DNA from: Tubulanus polymorphus
Taxonomy: Eukaryota; Animalia; Nemertea
DNA: 64,000 bases
Assembly (NCBI RefSeq): GCF_964204645.1
Contig: NC_134029.1
Span: 18,160,950 to 18,224,949 of the forward strand
Reading direction: 5' to 3'
Shown here: positions 35,913 through 49,581 of the stretch, piece after piece
Position numbering within the stretch: the first letter of the stretch is position 1
Layout: every line of letters begins with the position of its first letter
The notes under the pieces: generated by a model
What the model saw: only the letters and a program-made list of their open reading frames with translations
Databases searched by the model: none
Told to the model about the DNA's origin: nothing
Made by a program: the position numbers and the translations under genes

Positions 35913-38900
35913 CTGAACCTGAAAGCAGACGGCATCACATTAATGCGCTTTGTGTACGGACGACGACGTATATACACGTACATCAGACTAGTTCCCGAAA
36001 CTATTCACAGATGGCGTTCACTGCGCACATCTGAGGCAGCTGATAAAAGCACTTCAGATCTGTCAGTGAGATGTAATATTGACAGTTCACAATCTATTAT
36101 TTGCTAGGATCAGTGCATACAAGCAGGCACGCATGAAATGAATGAACTGAATGCAGAAAGAGTTCTACCTAGATCGCAGTAGAAGGAGAGCTTCGCTTAG
36201 ACGCGGTGTGAATTCAGAGAACATTTCCTACAGATGCATTTCAAGTGAATACTCGAAACCATATAACAGACGAGAATCCTAACCTCACAAACAAGCACAA
36301 AGCTCTAAAACCGGGTCATAAAAACTACTCAGACATGCCCAGCGGACTGTATAGAGAAATAGCCCAGTTGGGGGTTTATAATAATCTACATACAATAGAC
36401 TTTTGTCATGATATAAATGGTGACCAAAATGTTTAAATCATTTCTGGCTTTGTAAGGCTCAGTTTACTTAGAGATTTATACTGCAGATCAAAAGGAATGC
36501 AGATTAAGCAATCAAGTTTATTTGGAAGCAGAATTCTTTCATAATTCATATTAAAGAAAGCGATTTCAAAGTTTGAAATCAGAACAGCTCCGTTGGACCT
36601 ACGTACGAACGTCTTTTATGAAAACATGTATAGAACAGGTAGAGTCTTATAAAATTCTTCTAACGACAATGGCAAACCAAATTCATGAATTACTTTCTAA
36701 AACCTGATCTTAAAATCTTTCCCTAAACAAAAAAATCCTTTAGTACCTCCCTTCAGAATGTTTGTGGAGATATGTAAAATCAAACCTTCACTCAGTGATC
36801 CAAAAATAGTATAATGACTTCTACACTCGTGCAAGATAGTATTTACCATTCCCATTGTACACTATAGCAGCCAATCACAGACCAGGAATTATGATAACAA
36901 AATCTAATTGTTTACAATTAGTTCAGTTAGTCAGTGGTGTATTGTGCTGAGACTAATGGTGCTGACATCTAACCCAGCTGTCCAAGTTCACAAACTCGCA
37001 TAAAAACAATTATGCATACACAACTAGCTTTGGATGTAATCAACTATAATACATTTTTATGATTGTACAACATGCACCAGCTGAGGATTGTCACAGGGAG
37101 TTGGCCACATCAACACATTCAAACTGGGGTTATTAATCCCGGAATAAATAAATTCCTTCATTTGCTTAATTTACACTCATTATTACCATCAATACATGTG
37201 ACTGTTAGTACTCAGATATTCACTAGGAGACAAAACGAATCAAATTACATATTCGAAATATACATTCAGAATGTTAAAACTTATAAATCCCATTCTTAAC
37301 GATCAGATCCAACATAAACATATCTTCAATCGCGTTGTTTTTATATTGTAGACGTGGTTATGGCTTACAGTTAGTTATCAGTGATAACCAGCAGTTCTAA
37401 CGTGGAATGTTGAGTATCGAATAGTATATAAAATATCTACCAAGCCAAACGTAAAATATTTGACTGAATTTTTACTTAGGCGGATTCCAAGTATAGAACA
37501 ATCGCTGCTGGTTTATCTGACAAATGACTGCTATTTTTTGGGGGTCTAAATAGAAATAGAATAGAGAATGTGACCCCTGCTGTGAACTTCATAAGTGGCC
37601 ACTCTTTCTTAGTCACCCTAGGGATCCAATTCAACAGGGTAGTTCAGTAATGAAAGGCTAAACATGCTAAGTGAAATTTGAAACCTCGCTAGTCTTTGTC
37701 CTGTTGAGACCAAACAATTAAGTCAGCTTTAAATGACAATATTTAACGTTCCTTCCTACGAAATCGTCATCCACCTTAAGTAAAAGTATATACAGAAATG
37801 TAACTCTAAGCACATACCTAACTCATATCCCTGATCATAGGTACAATTCCATAAAGCTTTATGGGAGAATATCACCAATGCTAGGCCTGCCTTTGTCACA
37901 TATGCTCTACACAAATAAGAGAATTGTATAGAAAGGAAATGTGGATATCTCATTGGACAGACAGACAGCCTGGTATGTTATATGTCTTACTGCACCTTTG
38001 TTCCCAGCTAAGGTTGTTCAGTGTTGAGGCATTGACAATAGATTAAACAGGTTAATTCTGAACTGAATAGAAACATAGGATGAGAGACCACAAACTGACC
38101 AATCACAGCTCGCAGATTTACCAGTAAAGAAATGGTACAAAACTGTGATAAAGGGAATCTTAAAGTCTAGCGAGTAACTAATTTTGAGATATCATTATCA
38201 GGTGAATAAACTATACCAATACATGGCAGACTACTGTTTTATGTCAGAAGACCAGCTCTCTAACAAGTAACCGTTTTCAACAAATACTTATCTTTGAAGC
38301 AAAAGCTGTTGATACTATATTCTTATCACGTTTTTTAATCAAGTTCATTATCGGAGAAAAATATCTACAAATCTATTTTCTTTTCTTCCTGATAAATTCA
38401 GTTCCATTGCAGAAACAAGACTGCCGACAACAATGACTTTACCTCTGGGGCTTAACAGTAATCATGATTCTAGTATATATATAGCGCACACATATATATG
38501 GCTTTTAATAACAGACACATGACTGATGTATTACATTGACAATCAGCTCAGAAACTCTATACCCTTAGTACTGGTCTACATATAAGCCCTTTGTGCTGTC
38601 ACAATACATTATCTAGACAAGCACTACGCTGTATGCGCTAATGCTGCACTCTGATAGGCCTATCGGCGGCCAATCATATCGCTGGAAAGTGGAAACGGAG
38701 AACAAGGCTGAGAGCTGGTTATTTATTCAAGACTAGGATATAATTTATATACATTTGTGCTGTGTTGTCAATAGCTGCACTGAAAAGCTGCAAATAACAG
38801 CTTCACTATTTCACAGAAATGTATAATCTCTATGAACCGATATGACCAATCTAGTAAAACATATGGCATCAAATCCCTTAATTATTTTTATCACATGTCA

Positions 38901-39529
38901 GAATTCAAAAAAATTACCATTTTTTAGACAAACATGTTCATGCTAATGTTTTTCATTTTATTCAAATGGCAAAAATACTATTTTATCACTCTTGTCATTT
39001 TTTCAATCCTCCAAAATGTGATTTTTGATGTCAGCTATGACGAGTTTTAGTAAGTTATAATCCTCTGAAAATTTCTATAAATTGAGTTATATAAAAAACT
39101 GATGAAATTAATCTTTCGAGAAGTACCATAAAAACCTCGCAATTTGAATTAAACTTCAAAATAATCAGACGAAGAATGTACACTAAAAATGGCAATAAAC
39201 ACTTTGTTAAAACATAACATTCATTTAACTTTGATGCCATCATTGCTTATAGTTGTTCAACCCCTTTAAAAACTGCCACTACAAAGAAGTGTCTGCCTAT
39301 TGGGCGTAGACAAGTCTGAGTTGAGCTGTAAAAATAGTCTTTTATGACAAAGGTTCTATAATGAAAAATTTCCAGTTACGTATCATACGAATTAAAAGAT
39401 CGCTCGAAATATAAACACATCTTACTCTATCGACTCGCTATCATCCACTAGAATCATCAAAATTCATTTTATCTCTGTCGTAGTCTTTATAAAATTTATC
39501 TTTATCCGAAAAACATAACGCATACTTAC

Positions 39530-40070
39530 ATCATCATTAATATGTAAAGCTGTATGTTATAATCCATGAAAAACTACGCAAGCATATAACGATGGACCCA
39601 CACAGCAAATATCGTAAAAATGACTTAGTTCAATATCCTGCTGCAGTACGCTAGCGTCACCACTAACATTCTCTAAGAGCCACACATCGATTAGTACGTG
39701 AACTACTATGATTGATGAACGATGATTCCTCCAAAAAATCCTATGCGACCGAAATAGCGTATCCTTCAAACGTACGACACGATAGATCGTCTATAAACGA
39801 ATCCTGTTTTTTAACACTGCGGAAATATGTATACGAGTACACAACGCGCCTACAGTGAACGAGAGAGCGTATTCACTAGCTGTTCACCAGGCGAGCTTGA
39901 AGGCTTGAATGAGCCGCAAGTCTAGTGTGTGTGTGTGTGTGTGTGTGTATGCGTGTTGAGAGAGAGAGCTAGCTGAGCGCTCACTGCTCACTCGCTCTGT
40001 GTGTATGTGGGTCTTTGTCTAACTAACGCGCGCATACCAGATGCCTCTCTCTCCCTATTGATTTTCTCTC
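39530..40070 (-). promoter_or_regulatory. Possible non-coding first exon and promoter of the ZNF608/609-like gene
   Basis: Consensus donor GTAAGT on the minus strand at 39529-39524. CpG-richer segment with (TG)n and (GA)n tracts at 39925-39968. The acceptor at 35919 needs an upstream exon. Confidence 0.35.
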
Positions 40071-43000
40071 CGCTAATTGTCGACAAGTTAAAGATCAGTA
40101 AAGATGATGTCAGGCCGATTTGAATGACACTCTTTTCAATGCTTTAAATTATTATCAGACTGGCAGCCGTGGCGTGCTGACGCGAGGATAAAAATAAGGT
40201 TATCATTTTCAGTGGTGACATGATATTCAGATTCACTATAAAAAACTACGATATATCGATTCAAAGCGTTAACGCCATAATTTCATTTCAACTAAAAGGA
40301 AGGATTGTTTGACTCGGATTTCAGATTTTTATTGTTTGGATAGAAATGTAATTGGCGGAACTAGGACTCCGAGTTGGAATGATTACTCCGAGGATTATGT
40401 AAAGATTAAGCAAATGGTTGAATGATTCACAATTATGCGCGCAAATCAATTGCCCTAAATTACCCAAGTAGTCACACTTGGCCTTGTTAAATGATGTTAT
40501 TAAAATGTGTCGCTTTCACACATTAGCTACTACCAATTCACTATCTTACTCTAAATGGAATTTACGTTCTGCCTAGACAGAAATGCGTAAGAATATCGGA
40601 AAGAAGTAAAATTTCAATTTGAAAGATGATTGTCATGTCCCCTATATACACGACGGTATCACATCTATAGTTCATTTGTTGGTTTGTTCAAAGAGCGAGC
40701 TGTGAAAATGCAAAACCTTAGAGCCCTCTCTTACATGCTTACCTCTCCGCGCTCATGTGTTATAAATCTAAACTGATAAATCATTGTGCTGTGACACAGT
40801 ACGGTATTATTTTCACTGAGTCAAGATACACATCATTCAAAATAGAAGCAAAGGTCACACACAATACATTTGTAACCAATGATGGCTAGACGCTTTGACT
40901 TACAGGAATTTTGAGGGAATGAACGCGGGTCCTAAGGTCCTAAGATAGTTACATCCATTTACTTATTAGCAAATGCTTACCTACATCATATGTCCAAAGA
41001 CCAATCAACTTATCATATTGAATTACTCATGAAAGCATTTTTGTACCACTTGTCATTACGCAAACGTAATTTCCTAATGTAATCTTATTCGTGAATTAAA
41101 TATGAAATTAAAAATAATAATACACATACATATGTTCTAGACAGACAATAAATCATACTTATTCAAATTATCACGAATGAGGTAAAAAAGAACTTTTGCT
41201 CGTAGGTAGGTAATCTTTATTTTTTTATCCATATTCTAACAGCTGGTGCTACTAACCATTTACAATACTTTTCTTCCATTCTCATTCAACATTGAATCTA
41301 AAATGTGAGATATTCACGTGTAGAAAAAAATGAAGAATATAATATAATCAGCGGTAACAGGTAAAAATCTCCCCAAATTTTTATCTGGGGTTAATGTGGG
41401 ATATTTACTATGGGGAGGGGGGGTGATTTTTACCTACATTCATAATCATATATTCCAGAGTGGTGAGTTATATCTATGAGTGATGGGTGAGATGATTGCT
41501 CTTAGGTTATATACCACTGTACAAGCTACCATGATTGATAGAATTGTTTACTCCAGTTAAACCCTATGTGTTGCACATGGTTAGCATTAGGTAATGTTAG
41601 CACACATACAAGCAGTCCATGAAAGATGAACTGTTAATTGCAATCAGATATTAAGCCTACTTAGTTGCCTACTGATAACTGATAATTCCTAATTACTAGA
41701 CCAGATATAATTTCATACATAACTTAGTACACTCATAATAGACAAAGCTCTCGCATTGAATCGTTGCGCCAATACGTAACAATGAGCGCCACATAAACCA
41801 TATGCATGCAGCAGGTGAGATGTAGGAAATAATGTCCCCCTCCCCTGAAAAAATGTCCCAGCTATCATAACTCACTCGGTAATCAAGTAATTCAATAACA
41901 TCATTTGGTAAAACAAATTTTTTAATAAATGTTCATATCATATTCAGGAAAATAACTAATTTTTACGCAATATTTCCGTCTCTCGACTTTCACCCCCATA
42001 ACGTATATCAATTCAATTATCAACTTATTCAGAACCACCATATTCTTCTATCGTTCTTCAACTATATTTTTTAATGACTAACTAGGGATTTCATTTTTCA
42101 AATGAAAAGACTTTTATGCGGCTTTTTTACAACACCCGGGAGTTTAACGCGGATTCGATAAATTTTTCTACCTTCGATCAATGGCTATTCAGTTAGGTCC
42201 TGTGAAATATGTCTGGTAATCTCCAGGGCCTACATTGTCTCTCAGGCCGATGTCAAACAGTAGCCATCGATGCGGAACTAATCGCGTTTGTTAAAGAGCC
42301 ACTTTACCTGATAATACCAGATCCCATTCTAAACACCACATACACACAACCATAGCAAACTTTTCATAAAAACCAAGTACCTCTTTGTGTTTGCATACCG
42401 TGCTTAGAATATTCTAATGAACATGGAACGACCAGAATATAATGCTATAAAACGAATCACATATTCAAAATTTCATCCCATTATAGATTCAGTTACAACC
42501 ATAATAATATACTTCATATCTACAGTATTTTGCTTACGACAACTTGATATAGTTTGTGGTCTATAAATCCGTCTATCTTGCGGAGGGTTTTCCGGATTTT
42601 TTCAGTGCCAAAGGCAATGGGAAATCATCATTTCTATTCGCTCAAATATTGAAGTAAATACATCCACACATAATAGGAAAGTACCATATAGACTGACTTA
42701 GCAAAAACGATTCCATTTGGTGGAGGCCCTGAGCCCGACGGGCATCCCCAATTGCCTCCCCATCCCATCAAATCTCGGGAAAATATAAAATGTCCCCCTC
42801 CCCGATTGTTTCTGCTCCCTTTTCAACCTGTTTACACATATTTTCAACCTAACTTGTTTACACATTTTCAACTCGTGATCTATATGTACGTGTATGTATC
42901 TTTAACCCTTGATTCCCCTTCCTTCCGGTTGTTCTCTCCATGGATTTTGTATAACAAAATCTACTTAATATCAATACCTATATGACCTAATCCCAAATGT

Positions 43001-45264
43001 TGCCGATGTCCCCGAAAATGGTCCTAAATGGCGGACTATCAACAATTGACTGTATATCTAATACATGAAATTGTAACCTCATTTCCATTACTCTCAGAAA
43101 GTGAGTTCGATTGGTTCTTCGCATTATTTTCTAGGAATGACTTTCTGTATTTGTAATGTTCTAAGTGGAATTTGTTCTTTATTACGCGAAGTTGAAAAGA
43201 TCTGTCAAGATCATCAGAAGGCACCTGAACTGAGTCTATACAAACCTTTTCAGAGGTAGGGACTCTGAAGGTCGATGCTTTAGTGATCCACCACCAACTC
43301 ATTTAATTAATGAAGAGTCCACGAGTGAACCTAGTCATATGATAGAGAATTAAGAGTCCACAAGTGAACCTAGTTATGTGATTGAGAATTCACTTGAACT
43401 CTATGGTGAGAGGGTATAAGCCTATGTGCAAAATGCAAGCTGAAATATGCCCCTGAGCTACACATTGAATTGAGCTAAAATAGACATGGACACATAGGGA
43501 AGCCTATCACAAACAAGCAGACATCTATGTGACAAACATTTCCATTTCAACATTGTGAATACGAGTTGACTGTTCGATCAATTTCATCTGATCTTCTATG
43601 AATTTCTTCCAGATACACATCAATATCACATCGATATATCTATGTATACACACTATTACATACACCAATTATAAGCACAATATATCAGTCCTATCAGATA
43701 AATCTGGTTAATATCAAAATGTTTCTAGATAAAAGACTGTACTAGGCATATTAAAACTCTCCAAACAGGTCAAGGTTTTAAGCCTGGTATTTAAGATAAA
43801 GAAATCCAATTTCAGTCCCTTTCTGTTCGGAGTAGTGAATTCAAAAACGGTTAGTTTTGAAGGCAGGTGAATGCGCTTAATCCCGATACTGAAACTCGGT
43901 TCCCTTAGTGCTTTTTTCTCTTTATAGTTTTTTTTTCATATCTCTTTTCGTGTCGAATAACGACAAAGTAACATCGTAAATGACGCCTACGAATACGTCT
44001 CAACATTCGAACGTTGAATTCCAATCGTTCATATTTGAACAATATGTTGAAGTATTTTGCTCGATGACCTTATAATTCATTCAAACGACAAAAAGAATTC
44101 AAGTTCGCGCCAATCGGATTCTAAGGCCAATCGCTGACTGATTTCCTATATGTATAGGACGGAGAAATCAACTTTCTTTTTCAGTGTCCTCTGCTCTCGT
44201 ATATTCACAGACCTGTTTGACCAAACCCTGCCGGTTTTCTGTAGTATATAGTCCATGGTATATGGAAGGTAGAAGTGGCAGACATTTCAACATTAGCGCT
44301 ATTAGTGAACAGCTCATTGGTAAAATGTGTACATAGGCTAGAAATGTTTATTCAAAGCTCTTCACACCACAGTTACTTTATCCTATATACAACTGTATTT
44401 TTACACATGTACAATCGTTGTCATGACGTGACTGTCTACTTTGCCAGTTTCCTTAAATTCTTTTGTATCCGGTTCCATTTACTAGTTCATTATATTAGTC
44501 CCTCTATTCATTATGTATCGAAAAACCGAAAACGTGGCTGTGGTTAGTTAACACACTTTTCTATGAGAAACTTCAAATATAGGTAGACACGATCTAGCCT
44601 AAGTTTTGCTGAACTATAGAAGGGCACCTATATATCATAGCCGAATACTGGGGCATACTGGGGCAATACCCAGAAGTCCTGGATTTTAGGGCTCTGAACC
44701 GCAATCTGAACACATTTAGGGGATCGAGTCTAACCTTCTATCCATCGACAAAACGTGCCATGTTTAAGGAAATATTATTCAGAAAGAAACAAGAAGTTCA
44801 AATTGCCCATTTCTATTATTACTACCAGAATACTAGCCTGGAATATAACATACAAGTCAATACAAGTCAGTACAAGTCGAGATCAAATATCCCTGATCAA
44901 AGTCAAATCAACTCATCAATGATGACTCACCCGCCAGAGCTAATATCTTCCTGGTAAAACAAGATTTTTCACGACAAACTTGAAAAATAGAAGGACACTT
45001 CTACAAACCTGAGTACTGATCAAGCGGTAGGCTGGACGAGCCCCTGATAGGGACTCTATATGCGTTGTTTTTTAAGATAATACGCGCATAGATTTGAATT
45101 CTTGGGAGAACAAAATGATTGATTCAAAAAAGAATTGCACGCAAAACGCTTCAGGAATCTTTATCTAATCAGTTTCACATGGAAATCAAATCACTAGTGA
45201 AATCAAATCACCACAAAGACGTGTTAATTTATTCATATAGCGAGCTGCCGCACCACCAGCGCGC

Positions 45265-45503
<239 letters not shown>

Positions 45504-47418
45504 TTCGATTTATGAGAAGATGCCTGAATAATTACAACGAAGCAATTCAGAATTCACAACACGGCGATGAATTATTTCATCGGAATAATTTCACGCTGAA
45601 AAGTCGTCCAACTTCGCAAGCGAGGCGGAGATATGTCTAAAATTGTCGGGCCAAATTAGAGTACGAGTTAATTCAGAAAATTTTATGAAACAAATTCCTA
45701 GCTTATGGCATTGTTTATTTCTTTTCTAAATTCAATTCTTATTGAAATAACAAAGTTACATCATATGCTGACTAAATAACGATGTTAAATCAAATTGGCC
45801 TTCTCAAATTTGACCAGCTCATAAATTTAGGCGCAAAGTAGTCATCTTCTACATAGGGCAACTGTTTCATCGAATAACTGCATTTATTTCTACCAGAGAC
45901 ATGTTGGAATTCTTCAAGCTTTGAATACCCTGATATGTGTTATATACACTCCATTATCAATCAATGACTCTTCTCTAGCTGATCTCATTTACCCTGAAGT
46001 GGTTAGTGGATACAATACAAATACAGTGGATCCTCGTTACACTGAACTGCTTCAAGATCAGCAAATCTGTTTTTAGATGGCAAAATCTTTGCAGAGAAAT
46101 CATTTTAATTTGCTTTTTTTACAACTCAGGACCGATTTCCAAGATTTGAATTTGACCCAGAGTTAACTCATTGAAAATGAACTAATTTTAACTCAAGAGT
46201 TAAACCCTAACTCACAACTGTGGAACTGGATCCAGAATGTCAGGCTTAGGAGCAATCATGATTGCTTGTAGGTCAGGCCAACTTCCCTGTAATAAGTGAA
46301 TTTTGTGTTTGTCTTGATAATTTCACGGTATATCATCGGCCATTCCTTCCAGTTATATTCACAGATCAGAGCGTTTTCATGTTTATACATGTATAAGGCT
46401 AAACAAAATGTTACCTTGTTTCTCTGCAGCGGCCGGGTCATTTTTGTAAAATATAATGAAATTTGTAATCAGTTCATTTCTATAGCCGTCATGGTCTGTT
46501 AGGGTAAAATTGATCACGATTTAAAAATAAATTTACCTCGAGGTGTGTATATCTGCAAGTGGTTTACCTTGAAAACTGTATACTGGAGCTTGTTTGGAGC
46601 AAGGGCATTGCTTATGAATAATCTTTTTAATTCTTGAGTTCAAAGTTTTATTTCACATTGTATTTCATCTTTTTCAAAGAATTGTATGTACATGGTAGAT
46701 AGGCGGCCAACCGCTCAAATTTTAATCTCAGCAGACCAGAGAAACGAGGTATCAATTTTTTTCTGCCTATTAGCACTCCCAACACATCGCTGTGGTGGAC
46801 CTGTATATAATAAACACTGCATTCGGCTGTGACAACATAACATCCACAATAGATATATCTATCATAGAATCGAGAATTTATTAGCATCCATCCAAACACG
46901 GTAGGATATATCTACACATGAGACATTAGTGGACATCTGCGACTAGATGACAATTCAGCCAATCAGCACGGTCGTTCGGAATAAAATCCAACTACCAACC
47001 ACTTTTCTCCTTTACTTGTTAGGTTAAAATGCGGAATACAACCCTGCTTATGCAATTATTCTTTACAATTCTTCACAATTCATTGGCAGACAAAGGGTTA
47101 TTCAGAGAGAGAAGTTGAAATGATTGCATTTGCATGATTTGTTCTTGGACTCTACAGGGAGGTGGATTAGATCCTGCTCGAAGACTACCATCGTATTTCC
47201 AAACATAAAAATACTATTCGGAATATCAGCATTGAGAAAACAAAACTAAGAGTTAAATTCAACTCTTCTTCTGCCATCAGAAGCGGGAGAGAGGGAGTAG
47301 AGGGAGAGACAGAGGGAGGGATTCCTTGAGTTTAAGTTTATTTCACGGAAAAAAAGAAATATACAGAGATTTAAAAAAAAAACAATAGAATTCACATATC
47401 TTTTGAACAAGTACAATT

Positions 47419-47440
47419 ACACACACACACACACACACAC
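47419..47440. repeat. (AC)n microsatellite
   Basis: Direct reading of the sequence. Confidence 0.9.
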
Positions 47441-48588
47441 CAAAGAAATAGAGAAGCAGCTTTCTGTATCGACAAAGCAAACCTTAAGGCCGCTACTGCA
47501 AGCGAGGTCAAAATCCCCTTAGTAAATATCCCCAATTATTCAAAGCAGGTAAAATTCCCCCCACACGGTTTTTAAAGGAATATTTTGATGCAAAATAACT
47601 CTCACATTCTTTCCAATTCTATTAATTTGCAATAAAAATGCGATATATCTGAACTCTGCAATAAAACTCATTGCGATAAGATTCTTAGAATTAATTTATG
47701 CAATAAACCTTTAATTTGTGATATTTTGAAATTCAAACGAATGACTCTACAGTACACAAATCAAACTGCAACTCGGCTGTTCAAAAGAAATGATTCACTC
47801 TTTTGTGTGCTTACTAAGTCACCTTGGGAAACAAAATAGACAGATTACAACAATAGCGGCTTAAACCTGCAAAACGATTGACAATATGCCATTATATGCA
47901 ACATTTCAGATACCCCATATAACCTGTATATTCCAAAAGTAAGAATAAAACCAAGATTAATCCGAAACAATTTAGAGTCCATGTGTAGGTCTGCTTACCA
48001 AAAACCTATTAGTATGTAAGTAAAAAGGACTTCCTTATCCATTCACAAGCCAAGACAGGTAACAGCAATTTAGCTTCTGAAAAGTTTTTAATATATAAAA
48101 CTGACCAATGCTAAAATGTGGCACAGACCCAGTCTGATGGGAAACAGGTAAAATACCCCTGGTAAATATCTCCCTTGGCTATCAGACATTTTTGGTCAGT
48201 TGTGTCAAAAAGTCACAGACCTATTTGAAAAAGTCACGGACCTATTTGTGCTAGTGTGAACAGCTGGCCCAGTCAAGTTCAGTCTTCTGTGATGGAGACA
48301 TGTGGTGGACAGGTAATTTGGTTTGTATTCAACACACACGCAAACGTAAAAATTGGTTTATCACAAACTTTATGCCAGTGTGACCATTTGAAACATCTTA
48401 ATTACGAACAGGCTTAATTACAGAAAACATGGCCGTCCTAAAACATGTGGTAAAAGATAGGATATAGTCATATCGAAATTACTGATCACTTAGTGGATAA
48501 CGAAGTGTGAACACGGTTAAAGATCATCAAATCAACTTAACCACCGAAAAACAAAGAAGAGATTTCAATTCATATTTCAACAACGCCT

Positions 48589-49581
48589 TTAATCATTAAC
48601 GCTGTAACACTGAGCATTTTTAAGCACACGTAAATAACTCATGTGTTGATCATGTCTGACGATCATCACGCATGTGTTCTCCTGAAATACGCAGGGTTCA
48701 ACAGGATCGGAAATCTGATAGCAGTCATCGTGAATACGTTTGATATTAGCTTTTTCAGCGACGATTCCCGTGAGATAAACATCTTCGATAAATATCGGTT
48801 TCGTCAGGCGGCTGAAATCGTAAAGTTTTTTCACCGTGCGGAACGGGAACGAATAACCAGTTCCGAAACAGTATGCTGGATAGTTCTCAGTCTCGTATTC
48901 ATCGTAAGTAATTCGCCATTTTGAATCATAATTTCGAATCGGTCTCCCGTATTTCAAGACAAGTCCTAGTAAGTAGTCGCCAGCGTTTTCTATGGCATCA
49001 ACCTCCAGTAACTTAGCTCTTAGTTTCGGTATATTGACATGACAGTCATCATCGGTTTTTGTGATGAACTTAACGTTTTTGCACTGTTCATTGTGTAACC
49101 ACTGAATAATCGACATAGTTTTCAACGTTAAATTTCTATAGGCATCGATAAAGTCCACCATGACAATGTCATTATATAATTTGGCTTCGTGATGGATCAA
49201 TTTTGTTACAGTTTCGTTCGAAGTTATACCCAAGAAGAAAATCACTGTCACGTTCTTTTCGTGTCCTTTCAGCCACGATTGCCTGATCTGTAGCCTCGAT
49301 TGAAACCGGTCAGGAGTAGACGGAATTGCGAATAGTAATTCACCATTACAGCGCGCATTTATGATATACTTGAATTTAGGAAAATATGAGGACAGTTTAT
49401 CGTCAACTTGATCTAACTCTTTACTTACGGCAGTGAGTGAAACAGTTTCTTTCATTTCGGCCTGCTCCTTTGCAGTATTTCGTCCGCAGGTTGTCTCACT
49501 TTTGTCCATGAAATAGAAACACCACGTAAGTGCCATCATGATCAAATAGGCAACAAGAAAAATCCTTGCAAAATATCTCAT
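48589..49581 (-). CDS. Beta-1,3-galactosyltransferase family (GT31; B3GALT1/5-like), 330 aa, single coding exon
   Basis: N-terminal type II membrane anchor; IPSTPDRFQSRLQIRQSW, FIDAYRNLTLKT, FITKTDDDCHVN (DxD), YPAYCFGTGY and IEDVYLTG. Confidence 0.93.
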   Translation of the reverse strand: MRYFARIFLVAYLIMMALTWCFYFMDKSETTCGRNTAKEQAEMKETVSLTAVSKELDQVDDKLSSYFPKFKYIINARCNGELLFAIPSTPDRFQSRLQIRQSWLKGHEKNVTVIFFLGITSNETVTKLIHHEAKLYNDIVMVDFIDAYRNLTLKTMSIIQWLHNEQCKNVKFITKTDDDCHVNIPKLRAKLLEVDAIENAGDYLLGLVLKYGRPIRNYDSKWRITYDEYETENYPAYCFGTGYSFPFRTVKKLYDFSRLTKPIFIEDVYLTGIVAEKANIKRIHDDCYQISDPVEPCVFQENTCVMIVRHDQHMSYLRVLKNAQCYSVND

